Assembly (NCBI GenBank): GCA_001179505.1
Contig: CDMY01000217.1
Span: 62,001-126,000 of the forward strand
From: Vitrella brassicaformis CCMP3155
Lineage: Eukaryota > Protista > Chromerida
Direction of reading: 5' to 3'
Length of the DNA stretch: 64,000 bases
This document shows, in pieces, positions 11,277-23,200 of the stretch. The notes beneath the pieces are model-generated. The model saw only the letters and a program-made list of their open reading frames with translations. It did not search any database and had not been told where the DNA came from. Made by a program: the position numbers and the translations under genes. Every line of letters begins with the position of its first letter. Within the stretch, counting starts at the first letter, position 1.

Positions 11277-11551
11277 TTGCATACCGGTAGAGTGAGTTGA
11301 GTTCTGTGCCATTGTGATTGCCCATCAAGTCGACCAGCGCCTCATACTCTGCCGCAGACAGCGACGTGTTGCCAGGAGGGGACACCTGCACCCGACGCAA
11401 ATGCACCTGGACACACAGCCATTCACACCAGAGCATCGAATGAATGGATCGATGGCCTCCGTGTGTGGTGCACCTGCTGTCCCTCTGCGCCAACACACGT
11501 CAAGCTGAGAGTCATCATCAGCAGCGCAGCACACGTGGAGAGCTGTCCCAT
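10697..11551 (-). CDS. Secreted-type TLDc-domain protein 2
   Basis: Three exons: MGQLSTCAALLMMTLSLTCVGAEGQQ / VHLRRVQVSPPGNTSL...NSLYR / TSVDGTTYDDLLDSVGD...WWFSLAG...FQADEIEVLHVMGNSR*. Splice phases are consistent. Confidence 0.8.
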
Positions 11552-12214
11552 CGCGTGTAGCTAGATCTTTCCGCTCAAACTGTTCGAGAGCCCAGCCCCC
11601 TTAAGCTCTCACCGCAAATGCCACGGGGAGGCAGCGCAGCGTGAGCGCAGATATGTAGGAAGCAGCGGCTGCCCTCAGTTGCCAAGGTCCGCTGACCGAA
11701 GCTGCACAGAAGAAAGCGGTGCGTATTGTGATACCTGGCGGTGCAGACGATGAACAAGACAGCAGTGAGTGAGATCAGGGAGAAGAGATCAGAGAGACTC
11801 TCTCCCTCTCGGGGCTCATCGCTCGGGTGCTCTCGTTGCAGATCTCTCCACTCAGACTTCTTGTAAAGCTCTCCCCATTGACGCTCCCGCCGACTCGCCA
11901 TCTTTGTGTGTGGAGCGCACTGGAGAAGCGGGGCGCGAGCTTCTGGAACAAGCTTTTCCTCTCTCAGCCCTCCCTTCTCTCCAGATGGTCCTGTGGACTC
12001 TCACTGGACAATCTCGTGCACCGAAAAGGCCAAACGAATGTGTGAGCTTCGAGAAAAACGGCAATTCGATCCCACTCGATCACCGACTTCCGCAAATTAA
12101 TTTTTTGATTTCATCACATTGACCGCTCCGCAGTGAGACCGTTGACACGACGGAAGAGACAAACAGGCGAAAGAAACGCGGCAAAGGCTGGGGGTCTGCT
12201 GGGGCCTTTCATGC

Positions 12215-14520
12215 GGCCCCGCTCGTGGGGTTCAGGGTAGAAAACCCTACCCTTAACCCCTCAAGCCCTCTGGCCGCCCTGCCCCGCCCCTTGTGGCCCG
12301 TTGTCAGCCCTCCTGACGGCCCACTGCACGACATCTGTCCTCTGCCCTCCCTCCCTCCCTCCCTCCCTCGGTTCTCTGTTCTCGGGCGCTCGCACCGAAA
12401 AACACACGGGGCGACTGATGCACATGACGAGTGCGTGACACGCCGAGGTGATGCATGGCGCTGTGATGACGGGTGGTGGTGGTTGTCATCAGTCTGTGTG
12501 TGTGGTGGGCTGCAGATGTCGTGTGGCGGTGCGGGGCGGCGGTGCTTGGCGACAACACTGCACTCGACCAACTGGTACGCAGAGAGAGATGGGCACACAC
12601 ACACATTGGGACACAGGCAGGACTCACACACACAGACGTCTGTCTGTCTGTCTGTTTGAGTGTCCTCAGTATGTGACTGTCTGAGTGGCTCTCTGATGGC
12701 TTCGACGCGCTGATGGCGATGATGTGTGCTGAAGGGAGAGAGATCGGCCGATGAGCCGACGGACGGGCTGACTGAACTGAACTGAATCTCTCACTATGTC
12801 GCCTTTTGGTCGTATGTGCGTCGATCTCACTCTGTTGTGTTGTGGGGCTTTGCGTGTCGGTCGGTCCGGCTGCCATTGTCATTTCGTCCTTGTCGTCTAC
12901 TTGTCAGCCGTCAGCTGCCATGAATGTGTCGGCTGGTGAGTGGGGGGCGGGGGAGAGATGACAGACAGACAGAGAGGGAGGATTGGCTGGCTGGCTGCAC
13001 AAAGGAATCGCTGTGTGTGGTGTGGCGGTGGCCGTCTGCCTGTAGTGTGGTCATGTGCTACGCATGGTCGCGAGAGTGTGTTGCTCTCTCGTCGATGCAT
13101 CCGTCACACACGGCCGGCTCACAGACAGACAGACAGACAGACAACAGACACACAGACATCTGTTGATCTCTCTATCTGTTCTCCTGGCTTCCTAGCTGAG
13201 AAAAAGTGTCCTCCTCCCCCACCCCCTCTCTGTGAGCCTCTTGCATGTCGTCGGGCAACTCAAGAGCGTCAGCCCGTGAAGGGTGTTGGTGCTTTGGGGT
13301 TGCCGGGCGGCGACAGAGATGCCCACAGAGAGCAGAGGGCGAGGGAATGGACACACACACGACTGCTTACCCATCCCACCAAATGAGGCAGTGGTTGTTT
13401 CCTTTTGCCGACCGTCTTGGCGTCGATGTGTGCATGCCCTCACAGACGTCTTGATTGATATTTCGCAACACCTGCATGTCGTAGTCGGTTTGGTTCTTCT
13501 CTCGTGTGGTGTTTGTGTGTTGGTGAGCTGACTGTCGTCGATCCATTGGACGCACATTTGACGGCACACAGACAGACAGACAGACAGACAGACAGCCCGA
13601 CACACACACACTCAGAGAGAGAGACCGTTTTGGTTTCGCGAGCTGTGTGTCCCCCCCCCCTCTCTCTGTGGGCATCTATCTCACCGGACGGCAAGTCGAG
13701 AGCGTCAGCCCGTGAAGGGTGTTGGTGCTTTAGGGTTGCCGGGCGGTGACAGAGATGCGCACAGGGGGGCGATTGAATGAATAGACACACACACGACTGC
13801 TTACCCATCACACACACGCAATGAGCGAGAGAGAGAGCGATGTGTTTGTCTGTTTTTCTGCCTGCCTGCCAGTGTGTCGTGATGGACACACTCGCGAGTC
13901 ATGTGAGGCTTTCACTCCATTTATCGATTTGTCGATACGCACACACAATGGATGGATGGATGGATGGACAGAACGATCTGTGCCTCGCTCTCCGTGAGTG
14001 TTGATTATCACTCTCTGTGTGTGATGGTTATCGAGCGGCCGACAGACACACACATACACACACAAGGGAAAGTAACAGAGAGCTGCCTTTGGTGTGGTCA
14101 TTCATTCCATCGATGGCTGGCCGGGCGGTGACAGAGATGCCCACAGAGGGGCGGGCGAGGGAATGGACGCACACACACCCACACCCACACACACCCACAC
14201 ACACACATGGATGGACCGATGTGCGCCTCTCTATTATGTGTTGTGAATGCCACGTCTGCCCGACGCGCCGGTGAGTTTCTGGACGGCGGGGAGAGAGAGA
14301 GGGGTGTCTCTTTGGTGCTGCTGTGGTGTGAGGTTTGTGGGTGGTGTGCTGGCTGTCTGCTGTGGGATGGAGAGAGAGGGTGTGTGTTCGTGTGCTGATG
14401 TTTCTGTCACTCGCTGGACACCACACACATTGAGTGTTAGTCATCGCTCTCTGTGTGCGGTGCCCATCGAGCGGCTGACAGACACACACACTCACACACA
14501 CCTGCTTTTGGTGTCTTCAC
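12215..14520. repeat. Composite repeat array R, second block
   Basis: Same sub-blocks as 5760-10330; core copies at ~13263, ~13698 and a partial one at ~14118. Confidence 0.85.
12227..12260. promoter_or_regulatory. Telomere-like inverted repeat with telo-box, copy 2
   Basis: GGGGTTCAGGGTAG-AAAACC-CTACCCTTAACCCC; 14-bp arms with 1 mismatch. Confidence 0.35.
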
Positions 14521-15333
14521 TCCATCGATATCATGCCTTGGGTGCATAGCTGCACGCTGCTGGTGTTGTTTTCTTGCTGCATGCTGCTGCCATGATGGCT
14601 GTGCTGTGTATACCTTGTCGCTCTGTCACTCGCCGTCTGTGTGTACAGTTCGTGTCTTGCTGATGACATGACTGGCGAGCATATCGATGATGCCAGTCAG
14701 CTTGACGGACATTCATTGAGATGAAGGAAAACAGAGTCAGAGATCCAATCAATGGAATTGCGTCTAGAAACTGCCGGTCATGCATTCAGCCAGCCAGCCA
14801 GCCAGCCACAGAAGATGCATCCATCCCATTTGCAAATGATGGACGTACACATACGTATACACACACGGACAACACAGAGAGAATGTCGCTCGCAGAGAGA
14901 TGAAGTGGAAAGGCGGCGGGGCGGAAACTCACTCCATGTCACTCTTATCGGGCAGGCTGGCAGACGAGCAGGCAGCTACACACACGCCGAAAAACGGAGA
15001 CACACACACCCAGCACGGGAGAGACGACATTCAGCGAGGAAACTGTCTGTCATCCATCCATCCGCATAGAGCCAAACGTACATAAACAGACACCGAACAC
15101 AGACCTTTGTAGAGAGACATCCTAGCGACAGGGGTGGGTGAGCACAAAACCCACTCTTGTGGGTCATCTGACTCACAGCAGGCAGCTAGCTGGTCACGCA
15201 GACACGTGCATGCAGCCACGACACAATCGGTCTCGTACATAGGAGCTGCTCAGTGCGGCTGTTCTTGCTAGGCTGCCTCTCCCTCATCTCCCTGGCCATC
15301 CGCGCCACCGCTCTCCTGAACGAATCACATGCA

Positions 15334-17482
15334 TCAAGATCGAAAGTGTCGGCTCTTCTGTGCGTCCGATTTGTGTACCCGGGTTTTGAGACTGGCGATC
15401 TCCTCCCGGAGCCGCTGAATCTCGGCCTCCAAAGGATGCCGCTCCGCCGCTTCCTGCACACACAGCAGCCAGACAGACACAGAGGATGACAAGATCAGTG
15501 GAGCTGTGGCAGTCTGACTGACCTTTTTGCGTGTTGTCTCTCTTTCGATGAGATGGTCATAGAGCTGGTCGAAGGCCTCCTCATCGTGTGCGTCGACTGC
15601 TTTCTTGAGGGCGCTTTTGAAGGCCGTCTGGATGGCTGATGGGAGGAGGGGGATCAGGGGCAGGACGGCAGGTACGTCACTGATGTCAAAGTAAGACCCC
15701 AGGGCGGATGTGATGGTTTCGACACGATATTGGGACAAAGAGATGCCCTCGATGGCCGCCGCCCAATACAACATGGACGGAAGGCGATGACGCTGCACGA
15801 AAGCCATGTTGGTGACCATGTACTCAGCGACCTGACGATGAATCGACCTACACTCACCAAAACAACCACACACACAGAGAGCGAGAGCGAGAGTGAGAGT
15901 GAGAGAGACCTACTGTCTGTGTGCAGGTGCTTTTTTCCACTTGCCTGGCCATCATAGAGATTTCCTCATAGCGGCCCTCGATGACACACATCCGCAGATA
16001 GTGGAGAGCCAGTTCACGCATAGGGAACCGGCGAGCTGTCATCGTGAGCTGAATATCCTTAAGACGAATATCCCCCAGCCCATGCTGCGCCAGCGCATCG
16101 GCAGAGATAATGCGGTCATTGCCATATAGCGCCGTGTATGCTCCGACCAACTTCACGCCAAATGAGGAGACCCCAGCCGGTGCTCCCTCGCCCATTCGGA
16201 TCTTGTACATGTCCATCAGCGTCCGGCTGTCGTGCAGTTGGGCAGCGGGATGAGTGGCATCGGAGTCACCATTCGCACCAGACACCTCCAGAGAGCCATA
16301 AGGCGCGTAACACGATACAGCGGACTCCCCCTCGACTGCGGTAACGACTGGTTGGATATGAGCGTGCCATCCCGCCACTTCCGTCAGCTTCGCATCGCCA
16401 CCGCGGATGGCGTTGGCTGGCAGGTTGCTGGATGCACAGGGGCTGTAGGGAGGGGGAAGGCCCACCACGATGACAGAGAAGCCCATACATGTGATGGCTC
16501 CCCCCCGCCCGTCGGCAAAGGGCCGCACCGTCGCCGTAGAAGAGGATGAGAATTCGTCGGACTCGAAAACGGCCGCTGCGGACAAAGTAAGGCAGCGACC
16601 ACAGACACACACACGGTGTACGAGTGAATATTGTGATGGTTGCCCCTTCCTGCTTAGACTTGTTGTACCCTGCGCGGCCGATAGTGACGTCGAGCCCGTC
16701 GCATTCGTCAGGAACTGGGCGAGCTCGTGACGCGACATGTCCATTGCATCATACGACATGGCGTCTCCCAGGCTGGCCACCAGGCTCACGGCCGCCTTGA
16801 TGCTGTCATCCTGAACCTCACCCCTCTCGCGTCGCCGCCACTGCTCGCGGATGACGTCGGTCTTCTTGCGGAGGGACTGACGCAGCGCCGCGCAGATGTC
16901 GGGATGGCAGTGGATGAAGCGCGCGATGAAGGGGTACCGGGCGAAGCTGTCGAGCAGACATGTCGCCAGCTGGTGGTCGGCAAGCCATCCCTCCACCACG
17001 ACCTGACACAGGCAAACAAAATGCACCAACAGTGGATCTGTGAACGAGCTCTCTTGCCAACTCACGCACCTTGCGATGGATGCGCACAGGAGGCTCTGAT
17101 TGCTGCCCTTGGTGAAGATCTGATCGATGTCGAATTGCAGGTAGTCGAGGGCAATCAACGCATCCAGCAGATTGCCCTTGGTCAGCGAGTCCACTATGTC
17201 CAGCTCCTGCTGCAGCACCACCTCACCAATGGGCCGGCTGATCTTCTCGATGCACACCTGACGCTCCTGGCCCTCCTGAAACTCGCCGTCCATCACCTGC
17301 ACACACACACACAGACGACACACATGGTGTGCATGTCACGTGTCTGTCATCTCTGCCGTGTGTGGTGTGTCGCATCTCACCTGAGTGAAGTATTTGAATT
17401 GCCGTATGACGCTCTCCGGAACGACGAGCGGCGCATCGCCCTCCCCATCGCCAGCGAACCGCACACTCACAGACGGCTCCAT
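15334..17482 (-). CDS. BTB/POZ-domain protein with C-terminal coiled coil
   Basis: MEPSVSVRFAGDG...VIRQFKYFTQ/VMDGEFQEGQERQVCIEKISRPIGEVVL...LLDALIALDYLQFD is a BTB pattern (F..M..G.F.E...V.L...LL.A.DYL). It ends LEAEIQRLREEIASLK...RS*. Confidence 0.7.
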
Positions 17483-17932
17483 AACACCGCTCCCCGCAGC
17501 AGAATGACGGCAGCAGACACCGAGGAGGCGACGGCAGCACCCTTGACGAGAGCAGAGCACACCACGACGAAGGTGCGCCGCACCGGGAGTCACAGCTCAG
17601 CAGTCTGTCTCTTTTTCCAACAAGGCGACAGTCAGATGGCCTTTACTTCTCGACTGGCGCAGATCTGCTCTCCTCGGTGGTGGTTAAGGGTAAGATTGTC
17701 CGTGTGTCCATGCGCCGGGACAGGCTTTCATATCCGCATTCGTTACCTAGCCGGGAAACTGGTAGACCGCATTCAGCTCACTCAATGTCAATCAATCATG
17801 CAATGCAATGTGCTGTAGCGTCTGTGCTCACGAGACACACAGCAGGCGTGTCAGTGAAAACAAACGTGCCAGCCCCCAGACAGACACGTCAGCTAGCTAC
17901 ACAGATGGACCATCCATCCATCGACCCATCCA

Positions 17933-18572
17933 TCACTTCTTCTTGTTGTTGTTGCCCGCCGTGGTCCCCCTACAGGAGAGAATCGGCCTCCCTCTCCCCC
18001 GCCCCCCAACGCCCCCCTGCTGCTGCTGCTGGTTGTGCGGCCTCTGAGGCTCTGCTTTGGGTTTGTCAATGTCCGGGTGAATGCGCCACTGCCGCTCGGC
18101 GCCTCGTGTGGTGGTGGTGTTGCTGTGGCTGAGGGCGGCTGCTGCTGCTGTTGCTGCTGCCGGTGGTTGCTGTGGTGGTGGTGCGGTGGAGATGGTCTTT
18201 CTGCGGCAGAGCATCTCGAGGAAGCGGAGGGCCGTCCAGCAGCCCTGCACACACAAAAAGGCAGACGCTCGAATGATTGATGGATTGAGTGCGCCTGGTA
18301 TTCGGAGGCCCACGTGTATGTCTGTTGGGAAGTAGGTGGGGCCGTGCGGCGCCATGGACGACAGCGAATGGTGGAGGGCACTGGTTGACAGCACTGCACA
18401 CACGAAGGGCACACACACACATCCATCCATCCATGTGTGTGGTGTGTGGATGGCGTGCCTTTGTCAAAGTCGGTGGAGCCGTCAGGTCGCTTGAAGAGCG
18501 CCACGACGGTCTCGGTGGCTGCCGTGATGACGGGCCGGTTGTTCATGACGTCGGCCCACCTGACGACCACCT

Positions 18573-18617
<45 letters not shown>

Positions 18618-18982
18618 GATGGATGGATGGTATCCTGACAGGTCTGCCCTACCTGTCCACTGTTGTTCTGTGGCGTGTTGCTGCACGCCTGCAGTGCCAT
18701 CCGAATGACCTCCACTTGCATCTCGCTCTCGATCCGCACACCCAGCACCACAGTGGTCGTCGATGAATGGCCAGAATGGCCGGACACATGCGCACGAACG
18801 ACACGCAGCCGGGCTGCTGAGTTGTCGTCAGCGCTGCTGCTGGTGGTGGTGGTGCTGGTCTGGTCGGCTTGTTGTGCGCGTGCGGCGGCTTCGATCATCG
18901 ACCAGAGTGAGAGGACGTTGCCGGAGAGGAGGTGGACGTACTCGAATCGCCGGCTGCCGCTGCTGCACCGTTGACCCACCTG

Positions 18983-19015
<33 letters not shown>

Positions 19016-20172
19016 GGAGAGAGAGAGATGCACACGCCTGTATTGGTTTGTTCTGGGTGGGTATACCCGTGTTTGTGTGTCGTCTGCACTGCTGTCGTAC
19101 TGCTCTGTCCATCCCCTCTCCGCCTCAGCCATGTCAGCCACACGCACATAGCCACTGCACCACACACACACACACACTGAGGGAGAGAATAAGCGCCTGA
19201 GTGCTGTCGACCGACCTGCTGCTGAGTGCGACACGGTTGATGGGCGTCGCGCCGTCTGTCTGCGTCTTGGCCATCGGCCGGTCGGGGAACAGCAGCTGGT
19301 ACCACAGCTCGCCGCGCGAAGTCAGCGCCTGCACACACGCAATAACCGATCTGCCCATCCAGTCAGCTGTCTGTCATTTGTCTGTGTGTGTGTGTGTGTG
19401 GCCATGGTGACCGTCTTGCGTTCGATTGCAAGTGCGTAGGTCTGCTGCTGTTGCTGCTGGTTGTTGGTCGTCCTGTAGAAACCCTCGACGGCCGATGCTG
19501 CTGCTGCTGCTGATGCTGATCCGCTCTGCGCACACACACAGGGAGAGAGTGACACAACAGACGGGCACCCACAAAGAGAAATCAGCACACGAGTGTGGGT
19601 GTGGGTGTGGGTGTGGGTGTGTGTACGTGTGTCCGAGCGTCGTGTATCTGAATGGCCTCTTGCCACGGGACGCCGTGGTCCACACGCAGACAGAAGTACT
19701 GCGTGGCCATCCCTGTGTGTGTGCACACCACACACACACAAACAAAATTGTGTGTGTGTGTGTGTGTGTGTTGACCGTCCCACACCCACCAGTCGTGGGG
19801 TCGGTGTAGATGACCTCGGTGTGAGCGACTGAGGTGCGGTCTCGACGGCCGATGCTCTTCACACCTTGGTCGTGCTCGCCATTGACACGCGACAGCTGCA
19901 GACACTCAGACACCCACGCGCACACACACTGATGCGTTTAAGTGTGTCTGTCTGTGTGTGTGTGCACCTCAACACGGGCGTCGTGTATCATGGTGAAGAG
20001 GTCGAAAATGTGCTGCTGCAGAGAGGGCCGCAGCATCATCAGCCTACACACACGCAGCCACACACATGGGGGCGTGTTGTGTGTGTGGGGTGACTGACTT
20101 GTTGAGGAAGGCGTCCATGAGTTTGTCGTCTTTCTTCTCGTTGAAGATGCGCTCGATCATACCAACACCCTA

Positions 20173-20207
<35 letters not shown>

Positions 20208-23200
20208 TATCGCCCATAACACGCCTTTTCCATGGGTGGGTGTCACACGTACGTCCAGCGCGCTTCTCGCCTCCTCGATGAACGTCTCCTTCGCCTCTCT
20301 GTTGCCCCCGCCCGCCAAAAAAGGCACGCCAACATTCTCGCCATTGAGATACCTTCACACACACACACACACACATCGACATACACACATCCATCCAGCC
20401 ACCACATCAGTCAGTGCACCCACCCACACACCGATTGATGTCGACCACGGCCTGGTAGCCATGTGTCGAGTAGACGTCGTAGCTCAGGAGGTCCTCACTC
20501 TTTGCACCGACACCGCCAGCACGACTGACACAACACACCCACACCCACACCCACACAGAGATCGAGAGGGATGGATGGATGGATAATGTCACAATCATGC
20601 CCACCTATCGCCCGTAGTGATGGCGCCCATGCTCTTCACGCGCCGCGCCACCGTGCTGATGAAACGGCGCTCACCTGCACCGAACCACACACACACGGAC
20701 ACACACATAGATGCCGATGCGCACACAGGAGCTGTGCTGACCGCCGAACGGCGTGACGAGGAAGTGAATGATAGGGGGGTGCAGCTGGTTCGACCTGTGG
20801 CACCTGCCCAGCTGCTGCAAGGCCTTCTCGGCACTCCTGCACACACACACAGCCGTCCATGTGTGTGTGTGTGTGGCGGGGGGGGGGCAACGTGTTGTGT
20901 GTACCAGAATACTTCTATGGGAATCATCAGCCGCTTCTTCGGCGCACTGCTGCCGGACCTGCCCTTCTCGGCGTGCAGGGAAATACCTGCACACACCAAC
21001 ACACACACACATATACACACACAGATACACACAAATGCACGCATCTCTCTCTCTCTCTCTGTGTATGTGTGTATGTGTGTGTGTTGATGTGTGTTACCGG
21101 CCGAGGCTGCCTCAGTGATGATGGCAACTCTCTTTCTGTTGGTCTGAAAGTAGGCCTGCTCCGTTAGATTCACCCGGTCGGCAGGCACCGCCTACACACA
21201 CACACACAGAGAGAGAGAGAGAGCGCGGATGGGTGGCTGCGTGTGGGTGCCGGTGTATGTCACCTCTAAGCCAGTGTTGCGCTCGACGTATTCGAATTTC
21301 GTGCCGCGACGCTCCTGACACACATCCAGCCCACACAGATGGATGGATGCTTGAATGGATGCCTATAGATGCTTACGAGCCTCTTCTGACGTCCACTCAG
21401 CTCCGCCGCTTTTGGGGGGCCGCCCAGCTGTTTGATAGACACACGCACAAACAGAGAGAGAGAAAGAGAGAGAGGGAGAGAGAGAGATGCGACTTGGCTG
21501 ACTTACCTCGTCAATGAGGCTGTCGAGTACATTGCGTGGAAACAGCTTGTCCTGCTCGAAGCGCGCCACACGCGCCTTCAACTCGGACAGCTGCACACAC
21601 ACAAACACACACAGTGCATTCATCCACACACACACTTGATGCCTTTATGTGTGTGTGTGTGGCCGACCGATTGCTGGAGGTCCTCGATGGGCTTGCCCCT
21701 CTTGTCACACGTCGGGAAGTGGTTGTCCAGCAGGTGCTTCACCGAGAGATGCCTGCACCCACCCCCCACACACACATATACCGGGGGAGGGGGGAGGGGG
21801 AGGGGCGCTCACACACTCACATGCTCGACAGCAGCTGCTCCGTCTGCTTGTTGTCTCTGTCTTTCATCTCGTCGGCGCTGCGGGCCTCACCCGTCGACCA
21901 AAGGCTGCACACACACACACACACACATCTCCCTCCCTCCTGCCCTCTCTGTCTGTTGTGCTCACTCACCAAATGACGACACTCATATCGTTTTCTAGGG
22001 CCTCCTTCGCCATGCTCACTGCAGTCGGCACCTTGGCCGCCACACACAGCTGACCGAAAAACCGCTGCGCAGTGGCCGACACCTAATTAATGGACGGACG
22101 GATGGACGAAAGAAACCACGGGGAGGGGGNNNNNNNNNNNNNNNNNNNNNNNNNNNNNNNNNNNNNNNNNNNNNNNNNNNNNNNNNNNNNNNNNNNNNNN
22201 NNNNNNNNNNNNNNNNNNNNNNNNNNNNNNNNNNNNNNNNNNNNNNNNNNNNNNNNNNNNNNNNNNNNNNNNNNNNNNNNNNNNNNNNNNNNNNNNNNNN
22301 NNNNNNNNNNNNNNNNNNNNNNNNNNNNNNNNNNNNNNNNNNNNNNNNNNNNNNNNNNNNNNNNNNNNNNNNNNNNNNNNNNNNNNNNNNNNNNNNNNNN
22401 NNNNNNNNNNNNNNNNNNNNNNNNNNNNNCCCCCCCCCCCAACATTTGCCTCTCCTCTCTGTGTGTGTGGGTCAGCCTGGTGGCTCACTCTGCGAATTGG
22501 GTGTATCTGTCGGTGAGCTCCTGGGAGGGCTCCACTTGTGTGACGGAGAACTGCACGTCGGCGAAGCTCAGCTGGCGACACACGTATTTGCCCTGCCGCC
22601 CGCCCACACACATACACACAACTCTGTGTGTGTGTGTGTGTGTGTGTTGGCTACCTGGCTCTTGAGCTCCAGCGACACGCACTCGAGCGCCGCGACCCCG
22701 CCTTTGCTCATCTTGCCCCTGCAGCCGTCCACACACACGGTGGACAGATGGATGTGTGCACTTGTGCTGTGGGACGTACTTGAATGTCTGGAAGTCGGGG
22801 AACGCCTTGCCGGGGCCCCACAGGCCGAGCCGCTCCATGTAGGCCTGACAGACAGACAGACAGACAGACAGACAGATTGGTGCCTTTCTTGGTGCAAGTG
22901 GATGCGCACCATGTGCTGTATGTCGCTAGCTCCGGTGGCACTGCTGTATAGCACAGGGCAATGCACACACTGCACCTGCAACCTGGGTCATCCACACACA
23001 CGTAGGGGCAGATCCACACTCTCTCTCTCTGTGTGTGTGTGTGGGGGGGGGGGGGGGGGGGGGGGNNNNNNNNNNNNNNNNNNNNNNNNNNNNNNNNNNN
23101 NNNNNNNNNNNNNNNNNNNNNNNNNNNNNNNNNNNNNNNNNNNNNNNNNNNNNNNNNNNNNNNNNNNNNNNNNNNNNNNNNNNNNNNNNNNNNNNNNNNN

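Noticed and set aside
6745-14200. R core copies as a CRISPR-like array
   Set aside because: Units are long, degenerate and irregularly spaced with non-unique spacers, there are no cas genes, and the context is eukaryotic.
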